Virus record (IMG/VR): IMGVR_UViG_3300001336_000001
Location: 223,856-287,855 of that record
Length of the DNA stretch: 64,000 bases
Strand: one strand, 5' to 3'
DNA from: a virus
Lineage: Duplodnaviria; Heunggongvirae; Uroviricota; Caudoviricetes
Numbering within the stretch: position 1 is the first letter of the stretch; every line of letters starts with the position of its first letter. Below the pieces are notes generated by a model, which saw only the letters and a list, made by a program, of their open reading frames with translations, searched no databases and was not told the DNA's origin. The translations under genes were made by a program, and so were the position numbers. Positions 9,961 through 20,799 of this stretch are shown here, in pieces.

Positions 9961-10512
9961 ATGTCACTAACTAAAGAAAAAATCTTAAAAAACGCTAAAA
10001 AATTTCACGAAACAGGTGTTAAACTTGGGTTTGTTAATGATGAACTAATGGGATTATTAGGTGAAGAGTTTATTAGTGCACCAGCAACAACAAACTCATT
10101 TAATGCGTTTGATGGTGGGCTAATCCTGCACATTTTAAACACAACCAAATACGCCATATCATTTAATGATATGTTACCCGAAGATAAAAAGGTAAATCAA
10201 GATTCCTTAATTAAGGTTTGCTTTTTACACCAATTAGGTAAAGCAAAAATGTTTACACCACAGACTGATGAGTGGAGAAGAACTAAATTGGGTGAATTAT
10301 ACACATTTACTGAAAATACCTTAAGTATGAAAGTCGCTGAACGCTCAATCTATTTTGCAATGAAAGGTAAAATAGATTTAACCGAAGATGAAGTGTTTGC
10401 AATTTTTAATTACAACGAAGATTTCTCGACAAGACCAATAGTAAATGAAGGTGAAAAATTGGCTGGTATATTAAGAATCGCCAATCAGATGGCAATGTTT
10501 ATTGAAAAATAA
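9961..10512 (+). CDS. HD-domain-like (YhaM-type) protein with degenerate HQ motif (start revised)
   Basis: 'AFDGGLILHILN...CFLHQLGK' corresponds to GGLxxH...LHDxGK. Confidence 0.6.
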   Translation: MSLTKEKILKNAKKFHETGVKLGFVNDELMGLLGEEFISAPATTNSFNAFDGGLILHILNTTKYAISFNDMLPEDKKVNQDSLIKVCFLHQLGKAKMFTPQTDEWRRTKLGELYTFTENTLSMKVAERSIYFAMKGKIDLTEDEVFAIFNYNEDFSTRPIVNEGEKLAGILRIANQMAMFIEK

Positions 10513-10518
10513 TTAAAT

Positions 10519-11097
10519 ATGAGTGAAGAAATTGACAAACTAAAAGAAAAGTTGTTTGAGGCAATTGACTCAAACACATCATATTCTTATGATGATTTTA
10601 TTACGGATTATAGTAATAACCAAACATCAACATTATCATTCGATTTAGATGCATTTAAACAAAAAATTAACTTTGTTAACACAAGTGATAATCCAGACCC
10701 AGAGTACGCAACAGAAGGTTCCGCTGGGTTTGATATTCGTTCATCTGTTGACGAAATATTGGAACCTAGTGAATTTAAGACAATACCAACTGGTTTATAC
10801 TTTGAAACACCTAATAATTTTGAATTACAAGTTAGGCCCAGAAGCGGTTTAGCGTCTAGGAATGGTGTAACAGTATTAAATGCACCTGGGACTATAGATT
10901 CTGACTATCGTGGTGAAATTAAAGTAATTTTAATAAATCATGGTAAGAAGCCTTTTGTAATCGAAAAAGGTGATAGAATAGCACAAATAGTTGTTGCACA
11001 AACAATCAGCCCATTTGTAAACTTAGTAAAAGTAGAGCAAATATCCGATAATACACAACGTAGTACTGGTGGTTTTGGTAGTACTGGTGTTAAATAA
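10519..11097 (+). CDS. dut: dUTPase (trimeric) with N-terminal extension
   Basis: 'GSAGFDI', 'RPRSGLA', 'GTIDSDYRGE', 'GDRIAQ', 'RSTGGFGSTG'. Confidence 0.95.
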   Translation: MSEEIDKLKEKLFEAIDSNTSYSYDDFITDYSNNQTSTLSFDLDAFKQKINFVNTSDNPDPEYATEGSAGFDIRSSVDEILEPSEFKTIPTGLYFETPNNFELQVRPRSGLASRNGVTVLNAPGTIDSDYRGEIKVILINHGKKPFVIEKGDRIAQIVVAQTISPFVNLVKVEQISDNTQRSTGGFGSTGVK

Positions 11098-11107
11098 ATA
11101 ACAAAAT

Positions 11108-12175
11108 ATGGGAATTTCAACAGATACTAAATTAGATTTTAATGACATTTTAATAAAACCTGCTGTACTTACAAATATTTCCAGTAGGTCACAGATTAAT
11201 CCGTTTGATAAAAACGGTATGCTACCAATATTCACAGCACCAATGGATACTGTTGTTGATTCAACAAATTGTGATTTATTTAACGAATTAAAGATAAATA
11301 TAACATTACCTAGGGGTGAGAAAAGAACACAAAATAATATGTTCGAATCATACTCACTTAAACAGTTTGTGGATACATTCTTAACCGTTAACGATGAGTC
11401 ACAAACCAAATGGGATAATAGTGAGTTACCATTGTATGTTTTAATTGACACAGCAAATGGTCACACTCAAGATTTAATTAACGCTGTTAAATCAGCTAAA
11501 GAATTATACAAAAATGATATGGTGTTAATGGTTGGTAATATCGCTAACCCAGAAACCTATAGTTTATTGTCTAATGCTGGGGCTGATTATATCAGATGTG
11601 GTATTGGTAACGGAAATGCCTGCCTAACTACACAACAACTAGGTATTGGATTTCCAATGGGTTCTTTAATTTCAGAATGTTATACAGAATCATTAAAACT
11701 GGACAATCCAGCAAAAATAGTTGCTGATGGTGGTATGAAAGATTATTCAGATATTATTAAAGCATTGGCACTTGGTGCTGATTATGCTATGATTGGTAGT
11801 CTTTTTAATAAATGTGTTGAATCTTGTGGTGATAGTTACATCACAACTTCAGGTAAACCACTCAAAATAACCAATAAAGAAGCTATTAATCACTTTTACA
11901 ATAGTGATTTAGGTGAGGGTAAAATAGTTAAACTTTTTAGAGGGATGTCAACTAAAGATGTTCAGAAAAAGTGGGGTAAGGAAAAGTTAACAACATCAGA
12001 AGGCGTGGTTAGGTATCGTGAAGTTGAATATGGTTTAGGTGGTTGGGTTGATAATTTCGAATCGTATTTACGTTCAGCTATGAGTTACACCAATTCTATA
12101 GATTTAAATCAATTTATTAATAGTTCTGAATTTATAAGAATTAGTGATAATGCATATCATAGATTTAAAAAGTGA
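11108..12175 (+). CDS. GMP reductase / IMP dehydrogenase family protein
   Basis: 'APMDTV', 'DTANGH', 'GIGNGNACLT', 'ADGG', 'FRGMS', 'LRSAMSY'. Confidence 0.85.
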   Translation: MGISTDTKLDFNDILIKPAVLTNISSRSQINPFDKNGMLPIFTAPMDTVVDSTNCDLFNELKINITLPRGEKRTQNNMFESYSLKQFVDTFLTVNDESQTKWDNSELPLYVLIDTANGHTQDLINAVKSAKELYKNDMVLMVGNIANPETYSLLSNAGADYIRCGIGNGNACLTTQQLGIGFPMGSLISECYTESLKLDNPAKIVADGGMKDYSDIIKALALGADYAMIGSLFNKCVESCGDSYITTSGKPLKITNKEAINHFYNSDLGEGKIVKLFRGMSTKDVQKKWGKEKLTTSEGVVRYREVEYGLGGWVDNFESYLRSAMSYTNSIDLNQFINSSEFIRISDNAYHRFKK

Positions 12176-12183
12176 GTAGGAAA

Positions 12184-12735
12184 ATGAAATATAATCGATT
12201 AAGTTTATTAAATAATTTCGAAAATTTAAACGAAATATTTGATACCGACATATCCACTAATTTTAAGGTGATTGATTATGGTGATTATATTTCATACAAT
12301 TTTAAAACCAATAGTAATACAGAATATGATTTAGAATTACATTATACATCCGAACGATGTCAAACTAAATTATCAAACGGTGAAGTCTTATCATCAATGT
12401 TAACTAATAAATGTATTGATGATGAAATTGAGGGTTTTGATATAGCATTTACATTAACACATGTTTCAGATAAAAACAACCCTGATGAGTTTGAAAAAGA
12501 AACGAATAAACATGAATATATTGAGTTATTTGGAAGGATAACTAATATTTTGAAAAATGTAATAACCAAACATAGGACATACGATTTGTTCATTGTTGGT
12601 TATTCAAGAAGAAATAAATTAAAAATATATAAACAAATATTTGAAAACCACTTTAAAAATGAATTCGAGTTGCTGTATGGTAACTCACAACATCATCCAG
12701 GTGGTGAATCATTATTTGTTATTAGAAAAAAATAA
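12184..12735 (+). CDS. Hypothetical protein with LNE leader
   Basis: ORF track; ATG 12184. Confidence 0.55.
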   Translation: MKYNRLSLLNNFENLNEIFDTDISTNFKVIDYGDYISYNFKTNSNTEYDLELHYTSERCQTKLSNGEVLSSMLTNKCIDDEIEGFDIAFTLTHVSDKNNPDEFEKETNKHEYIELFGRITNILKNVITKHRTYDLFIVGYSRRNKLKIYKQIFENHFKNEFELLYGNSQHHPGGESLFVIRKK

Positions 12736-12741
12736 AACAAC

Positions 12742-13869
12742 ATGATTAGTATAGTTTATTGTACAAGAGAAGAAAATAACAAGCACAAAGAACATTTATT
12801 TAAAGCTTGTGGTAACCCCAAAGTTGAGATTATTGAATACGTGAATAAAGGTGAAAGTTTAACTAAATTCTATAATAGAGGATTAAAAGAAAGTAGGTAC
12901 GACATAGTTTTGTTTGTACATGATGATATCATCATAGAAACTCGACAGTTAGCTGTTAAAACGGTTAAAATGTTTGAAGCTAATAAGGAGTATGGTATTA
13001 TCGGTATTGCTGGTACCAAATATTTGGCTAAATCTGGTAGATGGTGGGAAAACCCAAGAAAAATGTATGGGAGAGTAAAACACACACATGAAGGTAAAAC
13101 TTGGGATTCAAACTATAGTGCCGACCAAGGTAGATTAATCAATGAAGTAATCACAGTTGATGGATTGTTCTTTGCTGTTCACAAAGGTAGAATTAAAAAA
13201 CACTTTGATGAAACAGTAGATGGATTCCACTTCTATGATGTTGACTTTTGTTTTAGAAACTACTTAGAGGGTGTTAAAATAGGTTTAACTACACAATTCA
13301 AGGTTAATCATATGTCAATTGGTGAAACCAATGATGAATGGGAAAAAAATAGGGTTTTATTCTCAGAAAAATACGCAGAACACTTACCAACAATTATCGA
13401 GGAAAAATTTGATTTTCGTAAATTAAATGTTATGATTGCTAGTGTAAATGAGTATGGGAATGTTACTAGTAATTTAGAGTTATCCAAGGGGTTAATTGAT
13501 TTAAATTGTGATGTTACATTGGTTAGTAATTTTAACACTAAAGAGTTGATGTTAGCAAAACAGAGTGGTGCTAAATTGGCTCCGTTATCAGAACCACCAG
13601 GCTTTAAAGTTGGGGATGGTAGATTTGCAATACAAGGACCTAATGGTCCACAACTATCTGAGGTTGGTAAAACTTATAAATTAGGGTTGACACCATATGA
13701 TATCATATACAGTGACAACGAAGAAATATTTAAGTCTTATAAAAAAATGTATCCAGAATGTAAGATTGTTGATATAGAATCAAAAGAATATTACACATGT
13801 GATAAAACACCGAAAGGGTATAAAGAATTATTCGTTAAAACATTTAATGATGAGTCAACCACTGATTAA
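12742..13869 (+). CDS. GT-A (GT2-like) glycosyltransferase with extra C-terminal domain
   Basis: 'LFVHDDI', 'VDGLFF', 'FHFYDVDFC'. Confidence 0.85.
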   Translation: MISIVYCTREENNKHKEHLFKACGNPKVEIIEYVNKGESLTKFYNRGLKESRYDIVLFVHDDIIIETRQLAVKTVKMFEANKEYGIIGIAGTKYLAKSGRWWENPRKMYGRVKHTHEGKTWDSNYSADQGRLINEVITVDGLFFAVHKGRIKKHFDETVDGFHFYDVDFCFRNYLEGVKIGLTTQFKVNHMSIGETNDEWEKNRVLFSEKYAEHLPTIIEEKFDFRKLNVMIASVNEYGNVTSNLELSKGLIDLNCDVTLVSNFNTKELMLAKQSGAKLAPLSEPPGFKVGDGRFAIQGPNGPQLSEVGKTYKLGLTPYDIIYSDNEEIFKSYKKMYPECKIVDIESKEYYTCDKTPKGYKELFVKTFNDESTTD

Positions 13870-14497
13870 CATATTAACTAGAACATCAAATAGGCCTAAT
13901 TTTTTTAAACGAAATGTTGAAAGTATAAAATCACAAACGTATAAAAATATTAGGCATATTGTTTCTTGTGATGATGAATCAGACCTAAATTATATTAATC
14001 AGTATGATAATATAACGGTGGTTAAAATTGATAAAGAAAAATTAATAGCTGAAGATAATTCACCAAACCCAAGAACTGGAAAATATTCACCACATAATCT
14101 ATATTTTAACGAAATGTTAAAAATTGTTGATAGTGGTTGGGTTATCATATTAGATGATGATGATGTATTTTCATCTGAAAAATCAGTTGAAAAAATTGTA
14201 AATAATTTAGATGGTGAAGACTCAATGGTTATATGGCAAATGAATTTTATCGGTGGTATTAATTTACCACCATTAGATTTAATTTACCAACAACCCGTAT
14301 TAGGTAAAATTGGGTCACCTTGTTTTACATTTAATATTAACCAGTTGGGTGATATTAAATGGGATGGTTGGAAATGTGGTGATTTTAGATTTATCACACA
14401 TATTTATAATAAAGTAGGTAAAAAAATAATAATACCAGAAGTTTTGGTTGATATTAATAATATCGGTTCTGGTAATAAAAATGATGTTTTAAATTGA
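13847..14497 (+). CDS. GT2 glycosyltransferase
   Basis: 'ESIKSQTYKNI', 'IILDDDD', 'GDFRF'. Confidence 0.85.
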   Translation: MMSQPLINILTRTSNRPNFFKRNVESIKSQTYKNIRHIVSCDDESDLNYINQYDNITVVKIDKEKLIAEDNSPNPRTGKYSPHNLYFNEMLKIVDSGWVIILDDDDVFSSEKSVEKIVNNLDGEDSMVIWQMNFIGGINLPPLDLIYQQPVLGKIGSPCFTFNINQLGDIKWDGWKCGDFRFITHIYNKVGKKIIIPEVLVDINNIGSGNKNDVLN

Positions 14498-14503
14498 AAA
14501 TTA

Positions 14504-14974
14504 ATGGATGAAAATTTAAACGGTTGGGCAATATCAGATGAGTTATTTAAATGGTTAACTGAAAACCTACCTAAAGGTAAAACTATTTTAGAGTTTGGTA
14601 GTGGTAGAGGCACCATTGAATTAACAAAATTATGGACAGTTTATTCAGTTGAGCAAGATAAAAAATGGTTAGGTATTGCGTCAGACGCAAAATACATATA
14701 CGCCCCAATAAAAGATGGTTGGTATGATTCAGATATTGTATTTAGTGAAATACCTAAAGAATATGATTTAATAATTATTGATGGACCAATGGGTTCAGAT
14801 TTAAGGTTCGGTATAGATAAACACCTTGATAAATTAAACACAAACATACCAATAATTATTGATGATACACATAGAGAAAAAGATAAAACACACGCAATAA
14901 CATTAGCTAAAACTTTAAATAAAGATTGGTTAGAAATTGAAGGGTGGGAAAAGAATTTTATCGCATTAGTTTAA
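14504..14974 (+). CDS. Class I SAM-dependent methyltransferase
   Basis: 'ILEFGSGRGT', 'SVEQD', 'DLIIIDGP', 'IIDDTHR'. Confidence 0.8.
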   Translation: MDENLNGWAISDELFKWLTENLPKGKTILEFGSGRGTIELTKLWTVYSVEQDKKWLGIASDAKYIYAPIKDGWYDSDIVFSEIPKEYDLIIIDGPMGSDLRFGIDKHLDKLNTNIPIIIDDTHREKDKTHAITLAKTLNKDWLEIEGWEKNFIALV

Positions 14975-14984
14975 TGAATAGGAT

Positions 14985-16634
14985 ATGAAGATACCAAAAA
15001 TAATACACCAAATATGGATTGGGCCAAAAGATAAACCAGTTTTTACAGAAAATTGGGCGAAAATGAATCCAGATTATGAATATATATTATGGGATGATGA
15101 AAAAGTTAAATCTTTAAAATTAATCAATAAAAAACAATACGATTTGTTTGGTAAACAATATCATGGTAAAAGTGATGTATTACGTTATGAAATATTAATG
15201 AAATACGGTGGTATATATATTGATGCTGATTGCGAACCGCTTAGACCGTTAGATGATTTTTTATTAGAATCTGACTTTTTTTCTTGTTATGCTAATGAAA
15301 AACTCAGGGGTGATAGACTAGCAAATGGTATTATTGGGTGTGTAAAGAATCATTTTATAATGCGTGAAATGGTAAACACGATAAATAATATACATATTAT
15401 AGATAAACAACCATTTGAATTAGTTGGACCCGTATTATTTACTAAAATATATAATGATAATGGTAAACCAGGTATTATATACCCTAGTCATTATTTTTTA
15501 CCAGAGTTTTATAATGGTGATAAATACAATGGTAATTTCAAACCTTTTTCTTATCACTATTGGGGGACAACAAAATCTTTATATTCCAATGGTGGTAAAG
15601 GTAAATCCACACTTTATAAGAAAAAAAAGAATGGGTATAGTATAATAGTTACTGCATATCAAACAAGTCAATATATTGAGGAATGTTTAGATTCTATAAT
15701 GTTACAGGATTATTTTCTTAATAATTATGATTATGAAATCTTATTGGGTATTGATGGTTGTGATGAAACTTTAAATATGATTAAGAAAATACAAGGCAAA
15801 TATCACAACCTAAGGGTTTTTTATATGGAAAAAAATATGGGGACATACGTCACATCTAATACATTAATAAAACATACTAAATATGGTAGGATAATTAGAT
15901 TCGATTCTGATGATATAATGTTACCAGATATGGTTAGTAGGGTGGATAATAGACTTACTAGTAATGATGTTGTTAGATTAGGTTTTTATGATTTCACAAA
16001 TAATAACACAAAAGCCAAACCTGGAACATTTGTCGCTCACGGGGCAATATGTTATAAAAAAAAGGTCATATTTGAATTGGGCGGATATAGGAATTGGCCA
16101 TGCAGTGCTGATACTGATTTAATATATAGGTTTAAACCAGAATATAAAGTTTTTGATAATAATGAATATTATTTTTATAGAAGGGTGCATAATAATTCAT
16201 TAACTAAAAACAACACAACAGGTATTCAAACAAATGTTAGGAAGGAAATCAATGCAAAACTAAAAAAAGGTTTTGAATACGTTGAACCAGTTACAAATGA
16301 TTTTATTGAAATTTACCCAGAAGAATATATCGGTGAAATAAAATATAATTTTATAACTAGACATGTTGTACAAACTAAAAACCAAAAAACAAACTCAAGA
16401 CCACCCACAAGAGCAAAATTAAAACAACAACAAACTGAAAAACAAAAAGAAATTAACATAAAACCAGAGGTTAAAAACACACCAACAATATCCAAAAAAG
16501 CCATACCAGTTAACCCATCAAAACTATATATACCAACGGAAAACCCATCATCAACACAAAAAATACACGATGAATTAGCCGCTGGTAGATTAAGGAAGGG
16601 TAGAGGTTATAACCCAAGACATAAAAAATGGTGA
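14985..16634 (+). CDS. Bifunctional GT32 (Och1-like) + GT2 glycosyltransferase with basic low-complexity tail
   Basis: 'IPKIIHQIWIG', 'SDVLRYEILMKYGGIYIDAD'; then 'YIEECLDSI', 'RFDSDD'. Confidence 0.85.
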   Translation: MKIPKIIHQIWIGPKDKPVFTENWAKMNPDYEYILWDDEKVKSLKLINKKQYDLFGKQYHGKSDVLRYEILMKYGGIYIDADCEPLRPLDDFLLESDFFSCYANEKLRGDRLANGIIGCVKNHFIMREMVNTINNIHIIDKQPFELVGPVLFTKIYNDNGKPGIIYPSHYFLPEFYNGDKYNGNFKPFSYHYWGTTKSLYSNGGKGKSTLYKKKKNGYSIIVTAYQTSQYIEECLDSIMLQDYFLNNYDYEILLGIDGCDETLNMIKKIQGKYHNLRVFYMEKNMGTYVTSNTLIKHTKYGRIIRFDSDDIMLPDMVSRVDNRLTSNDVVRLGFYDFTNNNTKAKPGTFVAHGAICYKKKVIFELGGYRNWPCSADTDLIYRFKPEYKVFDNNEYYFYRRVHNNSLTKNNTTGIQTNVRKEINAKLKKGFEYVEPVTNDFIEIYPEEYIGEIKYNFITRHVVQTKNQKTNSRPPTRAKLKQQQTEKQKEINIKPEVKNTPTISKKAIPVNPSKLYIPTENPSSTQKIHDELAAGRLRKGRGYNPRHKKW

Positions 16635-16660
16635 TATGATGTTTACATATCACCATTTTT
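16624..16660 (+). terminator. 15-bp inverted repeat, probable terminator overlapping the next promoter
   Basis: AAAAATGGTGATATG-7nt-CATATCACCATTTTT. Confidence 0.6.
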
Positions 16661-16687
16661 GTTTTATATTAAATCAAAAATTTATTT

Positions 16688-17749
16688 ATGAAGAATTGGT
16701 TTAAAAAACAATTTATCGCCATCAGTATGGCTATGGGTAATGTTGAGAAGCAAGTCTTAACCCAGGATGGTTTTGATTTATCTAACAATAGTGGTACACA
16801 TCAAAGTAAAAATCAAAACTCACTAATGGGAGCCCTATTGCGTGGTGAGTTAACTCAAGAAGTTAAAGAGCTTAGATGGGCTATGTATAAAGCTTTTAGA
16901 GAAAGTAAAAGTAGAAGATTAATACCATTATTAGATGAGGAAGGGAAACCAAAAACCGATGCTGACGGGAATGTTATTTTTACAGTTGAATATTCTGGTG
17001 ATGAAGCTAAATTGAGACAAATTAAAACTGATGAGACTGATGAATATAAATTAATAATGGTTGTTGATAATGCAATAATAACTAAAAGTAATTTAGAGGT
17101 ATTCGACAGTGTAGATGGTACCTTAGATACTGATGAAGAATTATTAGTTAACGCTAAAGAAACTAAGGGTAATTTAGGTAGTAATATCACAATTGATACT
17201 GAGGATAAGGTTGATAGCGGATATGAGTTAAACGAATCTTTATTTATTAAAAAAACTGATGAAGTTAATGTTTATGGTTTTGTTAAGGATAATAGGAATG
17301 GTGGTTATGAAAAACCAATAAATATAACTAGAGAAGTGCCACCAAAATTTAAAATTGAAAATTACGCCGAAAAATTACACGTTAAAAGTGTTGATGAGGT
17401 AAATGGTGAGTTCCTATTAGAGTTTTATTTATCAAAATACCCAGACCCGCACGATAGAAAAACTAATTTATTAATTTCTGACATTAAAAAGATAATTGAA
17501 AAATACAGATATAATTCGATGTTGGATTTTAAATCGGTTGAATATGTTACAAATAACACTGTGGGGGTTCAAGATTATCTATACTTTAAATTTGATATAA
17601 TTAAGTTTGAAAAAATAACAGAGTTCAATCGTTTTTATGTTATCAAGTTTTTAGCAAAGGTTATTGAGAACGGTATAGATTTAGTTGAGCAATATGTTTC
17701 ACCAGAAATGGAGGAAAAGTATAATAATAAAGCAGAAAAAAAGAAATAA
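16688..17749 (+). CDS. Hypothetical protein
   Basis: 353-aa ORF. Confidence 0.6.
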   Translation: MKNWFKKQFIAISMAMGNVEKQVLTQDGFDLSNNSGTHQSKNQNSLMGALLRGELTQEVKELRWAMYKAFRESKSRRLIPLLDEEGKPKTDADGNVIFTVEYSGDEAKLRQIKTDETDEYKLIMVVDNAIITKSNLEVFDSVDGTLDTDEELLVNAKETKGNLGSNITIDTEDKVDSGYELNESLFIKKTDEVNVYGFVKDNRNGGYEKPINITREVPPKFKIENYAEKLHVKSVDEVNGEFLLEFYLSKYPDPHDRKTNLLISDIKKIIEKYRYNSMLDFKSVEYVTNNTVGVQDYLYFKFDIIKFEKITEFNRFYVIKFLAKVIENGIDLVEQYVSPEMEEKYNNKAEKKK

Positions 17750-18610
17750 ATGGGCCGACCTAGAAAAACAAACACGGAAGTTAAACCAACGCAGACAAAG
17801 GATGAATTAATTAAACAAGATTTACTACAACAAATAAGGATTTCTTTAAAATGTAAAAATGAAACACAAAAACTATTAATAAAATCGATAGAAGATAATG
17901 ATGTCACAATATGTAGTGGTTTGGCAGGTACTGGTAAGACATTATTAAGTGTATATAAGTCACTATTATTATTAAAGAATAACTCAAACACCTACCATGA
18001 GATTAAATTAGTTAAATCAATAATCCAATTAAAAGATGAGGAATTAGGTACACTTCCAGGTGACGAGAAGGATAAAATGAAATTTCATATGATGTCTTTC
18101 TTAGATGCTTTTAACAAATTAATCGGTAAAGATTTAACAAACAAATTAATCGAACATGAAATTATTAAGATGGAAGTTTTTGGGGCCATTAGAGGTCGTT
18201 CATTTAGTAATGCCATCATAATCATAGATGAGTTCCAAAACATATCTAAAGATAATGCAAAAACATTCTTAACTAGATTTTCTGATAACACCAAGGTTGT
18301 TGTTTTAGGTGATTCTGGACAAATTGATATGAAAAATAAAACCAACAGTGCACTACAACCACTAATAAATGAGGTATTGAAAAACCCAGTAGAAGGTGTT
18401 AGTACTGTAATTTTTAGTGACAGTGATGTTGTCCGACACAGACTAACATCTTATTTTGTTAACGCTTTTGAAAATATATCTAGATTAGATGAAAAAACCC
18501 CCTCAAGGTTTAAAACTAAGGTTGACAAGACTGTAGTAGTTAAACCTAGGTATGTTAAAGAACCATCTGAATTTAACTGGTTTAAAAAAATTAAAAACTT
18601 ATTTAAATAA
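17750..18610 (+). CDS. phoH: PhoH family ATPase
   Basis: 'GLAGTGKT', 'LGTLPGD', 'IRGRSF', 'IIDEFQN', 'GDSGQID', 'DVVRH'. Confidence 0.92.
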   Translation: MGRPRKTNTEVKPTQTKDELIKQDLLQQIRISLKCKNETQKLLIKSIEDNDVTICSGLAGTGKTLLSVYKSLLLLKNNSNTYHEIKLVKSIIQLKDEELGTLPGDEKDKMKFHMMSFLDAFNKLIGKDLTNKLIEHEIIKMEVFGAIRGRSFSNAIIIIDEFQNISKDNAKTFLTRFSDNTKVVVLGDSGQIDMKNKTNSALQPLINEVLKNPVEGVSTVIFSDSDVVRHRLTSYFVNAFENISRLDEKTPSRFKTKVDKTVVVKPRYVKEPSEFNWFKKIKNLFK

Positions 18611-18612
18611 AC

Positions 18613-18641
18613 TTTACTTTAAGTGATATTGGTTATATAAT
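18613..18641 (+). promoter_or_regulatory. sigma70-like promoter TTTACT-N17-TATAAT
   Basis: Canonical spacing; the -10 box ends 6 nt before the ATG. Confidence 0.6.
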
Positions 18642-18647
18642 ATCACC

Positions 18648-19256
18648 ATGAAGATAGGTATAAGTATAAATGAAGTTTTACGTGACACACTAACACAGTT
18701 AGATTACACGTATAGTAAATATATCAATGATAAATCAGATGTTAAAAAAGAAGATATAACTTCTTTTGATTTACTAAACCACTTTAAGTTTTCATCAAAA
18801 AAGGAATTGTATAATTTTTTATATGATGAAGCGGCCTTAGAGATATTTGGTCACGCTGACCAATTATTGGAAAATTTGATGACTCATTTTAACATATTTT
18901 TAGTTGATATAGAGGAAGGAGAAGAACACACGATTGAGTTAGTTAGTCGTGAATATTTAAAAAGTATCCCAGCAACACTATTCTTTTTATCTAAATTAGG
19001 TTGTAGAGCAACCAATCTAAGGTTTGTTAAACAATACGAAGAAGAATGGGGTGACCTAGATATCCTAATAACAGCCAACCCAATTACCTTACAAAACAAA
19101 CCAGAGGGTAAACTATCGGTTAAAATAAAAGCACCTTACAATAATTCAGTTGAAGCTGATTATGAATTAGAGGATATTTTCGAGTTTATAAAAGACGGGT
19201 ATATACGTGAAAAAATATTAAATGGTGAATCAATAACAAAAACAGAAAAAGAATAA
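18648..19256 (+). CDS. 5'(3')-deoxyribonucleotidase-like HAD-fold protein, catalytic Asp residues missing
   Basis: 'KIGISINEVLRD' aligns with IxIDxDxVLxD; 'DILITANP', 'APYN'. Confidence 0.55.
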   Translation: MKIGISINEVLRDTLTQLDYTYSKYINDKSDVKKEDITSFDLLNHFKFSSKKELYNFLYDEAALEIFGHADQLLENLMTHFNIFLVDIEEGEEHTIELVSREYLKSIPATLFFLSKLGCRATNLRFVKQYEEEWGDLDILITANPITLQNKPEGKLSVKIKAPYNNSVEADYELEDIFEFIKDGYIREKILNGESITKTEKE

Positions 19257-19621
19257 TGATGGATGAAATTTTATTAGAATTTGGTGGTATTGTTTACTAC
19301 ATCGATTTTGACGGGTTAAGTAACTTAGTGAAATACGAAGACAACTATAGCTCAGACGAAACTGTAGAACAAGAAACCAAAACAACCAACATAAATGGTG
19401 GTACCGAAAAGGTTGAAGATACAATTAGAAAATACCCAAGAGGTAAAGAAATTGATATATCAAGATATGAAACATATAGGACAATGCTTGAAATATTACT
19501 TACAAGTGTTGATGAATCTGATGATTCCCTAGGTCCAGAAAGAGGGTTAAAAACAACATCATTAGCATTTAAAATAGCATTTAATACCCTGGTACAATAC
19601 GGTGTGTTAAAACAATTATAA
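19256..19621 (+). CDS. Hypothetical protein
   Basis: 121-aa ORF. Confidence 0.6.
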   Translation: MMDEILLEFGGIVYYIDFDGLSNLVKYEDNYSSDETVEQETKTTNINGGTEKVEDTIRKYPRGKEIDISRYETYRTMLEILLTSVDESDDSLGPERGLKTTSLAFKIAFNTLVQYGVLKQL

Positions 19622-19647
19622 AATAATAAATAATAAATTAATAAATT

Positions 19648-20775
19648 ATGTCTGAAAACAATAAAAAAATCTCAGTAGAACAAGTTACTGAAATCATCGG
19701 GAAGTTAGAAAATAAAGATTTCGGTATTTATTTCTTCACCCTTGACACTAAAGGAAATCCAGTTGCGGGTGTTGCCAATATATATGAACATGTTAAAGTG
19801 TTAAATGATTTGGGTTATAAAGCCTCAATTCTACACGAAAAAGAGGATTACCAAAAATTTGGTGATGAAAACACATCAGGACTGGCTGATTGGATGGGTG
19901 AGGAGTATGCCAACTTACCACATACAGCAATTAGTAGTAAATCATTAACAATTGGTCCTAATGATTTTTTAGTTATACCAGAAGCATTCTCAACTATTAT
20001 GCAACAAAAAGAAATTGTGGCACTACCATGTAAGAAAATTGTATTTTCACAAAGTTCAGAGTATATATTCGAACTTTTACCATTGGGTAGACGATGGACA
20101 GACTTCCACTTCAACGATGTTATCACAACATCTGAAACACAAGCAACATATTTGAAAAGTATTTTTCCGAGTATTTCAACACATGTTGTACCAGTATCAA
20201 TACCAAGTTATTTCAAAAAACCAAACAAACCAAAATTCCCAGTTGTAACAATCCATAGTAGGAACCAATACGATACTGCTAGAATTTACAAAGAATTCTA
20301 TTTGAAATACCCAATTTACAAATGGTTAACATTTAAAGAAATGCGTGGGTTACCAAGAAAAAAATTCGCCGAAACCTTATCCGAATCAGCTTTAGCGATT
20401 TGGGTTGATGATAGCGCTGGGTTTGGTACGTTCCCAATAGAGGCTATGAATTGCGGTACACCTGTTATAGGCAGGATACCTAATGTTGTGCCAGAATGGA
20501 TGGTTAAGACAAACGAAGATGGTAACACTGAATTAAGAAATAATGGTGTTTGGGTTAACTCTACCCATGATATCCCAGACTTGATTGCTAATTTTCTAAA
20601 ACTTTGGTTAGAGGATTCAGTACCAACTGATTTATTAGATGGTATGAGTGAGACTGCTAGTATGTATACTGAAGACAATCAAAGAAATAAGATTGAGGAA
20701 GTATATTCAACACTAGTCTCAAATCGAATTAAAGAATTTGAGAAATTAATTGACTTGGTTAAAGAACAAGCCTAA
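19648..20775 (+). CDS. GT-B fold glycosyltransferase
   Basis: 'AGFGTFPIEAMNCGTPVIG' (EGFGLPPLEAM-like). Confidence 0.8.
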   Translation: MSENNKKISVEQVTEIIGKLENKDFGIYFFTLDTKGNPVAGVANIYEHVKVLNDLGYKASILHEKEDYQKFGDENTSGLADWMGEEYANLPHTAISSKSLTIGPNDFLVIPEAFSTIMQQKEIVALPCKKIVFSQSSEYIFELLPLGRRWTDFHFNDVITTSETQATYLKSIFPSISTHVVPVSIPSYFKKPNKPKFPVVTIHSRNQYDTARIYKEFYLKYPIYKWLTFKEMRGLPRKKFAETLSESALAIWVDDSAGFGTFPIEAMNCGTPVIGRIPNVVPEWMVKTNEDGNTELRNNGVWVNSTHDIPDLIANFLKLWLEDSVPTDLLDGMSETASMYTEDNQRNKIEEVYSTLVSNRIKEFEKLIDLVKEQA

Positions 20776-20799
20776 TATAAAATAAAAAAATAAATTATT

